A stretch of 52,987 nt of DNA, counting the filler, from Bipalium vagum (lineage: Eukaryota): NCBI GenBank assembly GCA_037834085.1. It is 3 parts of 3 records of this genome, joined end to end, with 100 filler letters (N's around TTAATTAATTAA, not from the genome) between each part and the next. Parts side by side here need not be neighbours in the genome. Positions count along the whole stretch, not along the records: positions 36,977 to 52,987 come from JBBMKC010132493.1; 2 more parts are not named here. One strand, written 5' to 3'. This document shows, in pieces, positions 50,641 to 52,987 of the stretch (positions within the stretch are counted from its first letter, which is position 1; each line of letters begins with the position of its first letter). A program made the position numbers and the translations under genes. The notes under the pieces are model-generated. The model saw nothing but the letters and a program-made list of their open reading frames with translations. It was not told the origin of the DNA and ran no database searches.

Positions 50641-51610
50641 TATGACAGAAATAAGAGAATTATTAGATTTTGAGAGACAACTTATAATTCTCCTTAGAAA
50701 GGAGAATCTTATGTAAGGATTATCAAAGTGTCCAAAGAGATTATCTGAAAAAACAACAGTTTGACAATCTTGTTGCCCTTTTTAAAAGCAGATTCATTAA
50801 CATCTGGCCGGAAAAGAAAAGCTGGACTCTCTAAATGCTTTTCTGATGTGAAGGTCTTAGGTTTATCACCCATTCGTGTAGAAGATACTGAAAGAAGGAA
50901 CTTGAGTTAAACAGAAATCACTGGGAAATGAAAATATCCAAGACATCTGTTTTTAATATTCTTAAACAAGTGCTATTAAAGAATAAAGTGTAATTTTTTC
51001 ATTTACAATATCAAGCAATGCGTATGAGTAATTCCAGTGCTCTTGGTGACCATTTTGGACAAATGGTTGATTGATAGAAATAATGGTTCTCAGATGAAGC
51101 AATATTTTCATTACTAGATCCTTTGAATTCTCAAAATGACAGAATTTACCGAGAGAAAAGTGTAAAATTCACAAACACAATGAAAATGTACTGGTTAAAT
51201 ATAAATATCCAATCATTTCTTTTTTGTTATGGTGCAGTGTCTTTGTATGGGAAATTTTGTTTCAGGTCAGGAGCATTTTCTTCAATGTAGAAGAAAAGAA
51301 AACTGTACATCCAAATTTTTATTGCTAGGACTGTACCAGAACCCAAACTGTCAAGGCTACTTTTGCCTTCTTGCGAATCTGAACATTAGCCATCAAAATG
51401 TTATGATGGTTATTGTATTTGAGGTTTGTTACTGATAGAGACACAGAAAAGTCGTCTTGATATAAATATATTTGGATATATGGAATAACATGAAGTAATA
51501 TAGAATAATGTTACATCGGCCACACCTCGAAATGAAAAAAAAGCTCTTATTCCACGATTAAAAAAAGGTAAAGTAGTGCAAGGAAGCCATTTTAAACATT
51601 GTATATGAGT
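50641..51610 (+). mobile_element. Decayed DD37D/DD41D-like transposase
   Basis: ISKTSVFNILK, WFSDEAIFSLLDPLNSQNDRIYR and C-terminal QGSHFKHCI*. Confidence 0.72.
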
Positions 51611-51689
51611 TTACTGAATATTTGTTGTAAATATTAAAAATAAAAAAAATAGTAAGTTTCCCTGTTTTCTAATAATCACCATAAATATT

Positions 51690-51953
51690 TAAACCAAATC
51701 TGCACAATAACTTTGTTAAAGAATGCCATCATAGAAGTCATGACTAAATTGAGCAGGGAGCAGGTCAAGCGAGCATGAAGAACTTTCTGATCCCAGCTCG
51801 AAGTGGCTATTACCACAAATGGTGATCACATCGAATAATCCTAAAATTTACACTTTCATTCAGCTATGTGCTAATATTTATTGTAATGAAGTTATCAGCT
51901 TAGGTCTTTTATTAAAATTAGAAATTTTCCGGAATTATCTCGACGACACTATA
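51690..51953 (+). mobile_element. maT/DD37D 3' end
   Basis: LKNAIIEVMTKLSREQVKRA*RTF*SQLEVAITTNGDHIE*, then terminus gaaattttccggaattatctcgacgacactata; a related same-orientation terminus lies at 46601-46635. Confidence 0.78.
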
Positions 51954-51963
51954 TTCAAAATTT

Positions 51964-51967
51964 AATA

Positions 51968-52006
<39 letters not shown>

Positions 52007-52033
52007 TATTATTATTATTATTATTATTATTAA
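51964..52033. repeat. (AAT)n-(ATT)n inverted microsatellite
   Basis: Seen directly. Confidence 0.95.
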
Positions 52034-52987
52034 TTGTAATTATTATTTAAAAATGCACAAAATAATTTTTGACACTTTCAAATGCAAATAATATTGTCCA
52101 ATATTGAAATCTTTCCCATTTTATGTCTTACAATCTCACACGTTTTGCAATATAAGATTGAGCTGGGAATTAATTGTCTTCAGAATTTTGTATGAAACTT
52201 CCTCCTGGGAATAAAGATTTAATTATCGGCCGGGTTGGAATTAGTCGTAAAAATGAAACAATTGATCTTTTCAAGAATGTTGTTAAGAGAGATGGAGAGA
52301 AATGGTGATATCAGACCATTCCAAAAAGTAACATTTGTCATGAATATATATTTGAATATATAAAAATAACCAATTTTTTTAATCATTTTTATAAAAAAAA
52401 GGAAATTGAATTTTTTCATAAAATTGAGAGAACGTACGTATAAACTGCCAAGAGTAATTCTTCAAAATTTATTATTTAAATACATAATATTTTAATACTA
52501 CATTTTCATAACACAAAGAATAAAACCGAATTTATAACAAATCTGATTACTTCAACCAAAGGAAGCAATAAGTACAATAAGGTAAACAAAAAGCAGTAAT
52601 GCAAGGATAAGAGGATAGATGGTTAAAATCATCTTTTTTGTATTGCTTTCAGATACTGTCAATTATAAATGATTTGATGTATACAGATATTTATAACTAA
52701 TAATAATAATTTTAAAAATAATAATTAAATCTAATAATAATAATAATAATATTATTATTAATATTAATAAACTTAAAAAGGAGATGATATAGACAAATAT
52801 ACATTAATATATGGTAGTTATATTATAAACCAAGATATATTATCAAATATTATGACACCAGTATTAATAAAACATAAGTAATATATAATAAATATAAAAT
52901 TTATATATATAATTATTTATCACATTAAACAATCCGATAACATTATTATAGCTATGTTTATTATCAAAATGTCTATGCAAGCCTTTA

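Noticed and set aside
52100-52419. ORF 52219-52419 as a gene
   Set aside because: Probably a decayed LINE RT piece (ISPFL..PAD); not supportable as a gene.
1-52987. CRISPR arrays, rRNA genes, prokaryotic operons or defence systems
   Set aside because: No repeat-spacer arrays, long ORFs or rRNA motifs were seen; the DNA is intron-containing eukaryotic sequence.

Overview
Very AT-rich eukaryotic DNA. The 44-48 nt short introns, (AAT)n microsatellites and mariner density suggest a planarian or similar invertebrate (inference). The window is three contigs joined by two artificial 100-bp N44-TTAATTAATTAA-N44 linkers (16340-16439, 36877-36976), so adjacency across them is not guaranteed. Contig 1 carries four + strand internal exons of a CELF3-6/Bruno-like RNA-binding protein gene (RRM2 and divergent linker), including a GC-donor intron. 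Contig 2 carries candidate exons of an unidentified - strand gene (about 35505 to 32110). Most of the rest is decayed transposons: many mariners of several subfamilies, rosa/DD41D, maT/DD37D, Tc1, pogo, Chapaev3, MITEs, a gypsy-like remnant and REL-type LINE pieces. The two most interesting observations are a 335-bp miniature LTR retroelement with tRNA-derived LTRs, PBS, PPT and a 5-bp TSD (49345-49679, - strand), and a mariner transposase interrupted by a frame-restoring 44-nt GT-AG intron-like insert (42591-42634). All translations and alignments were done by eye, no searches were run, and boundaries of decayed elements are approximate.
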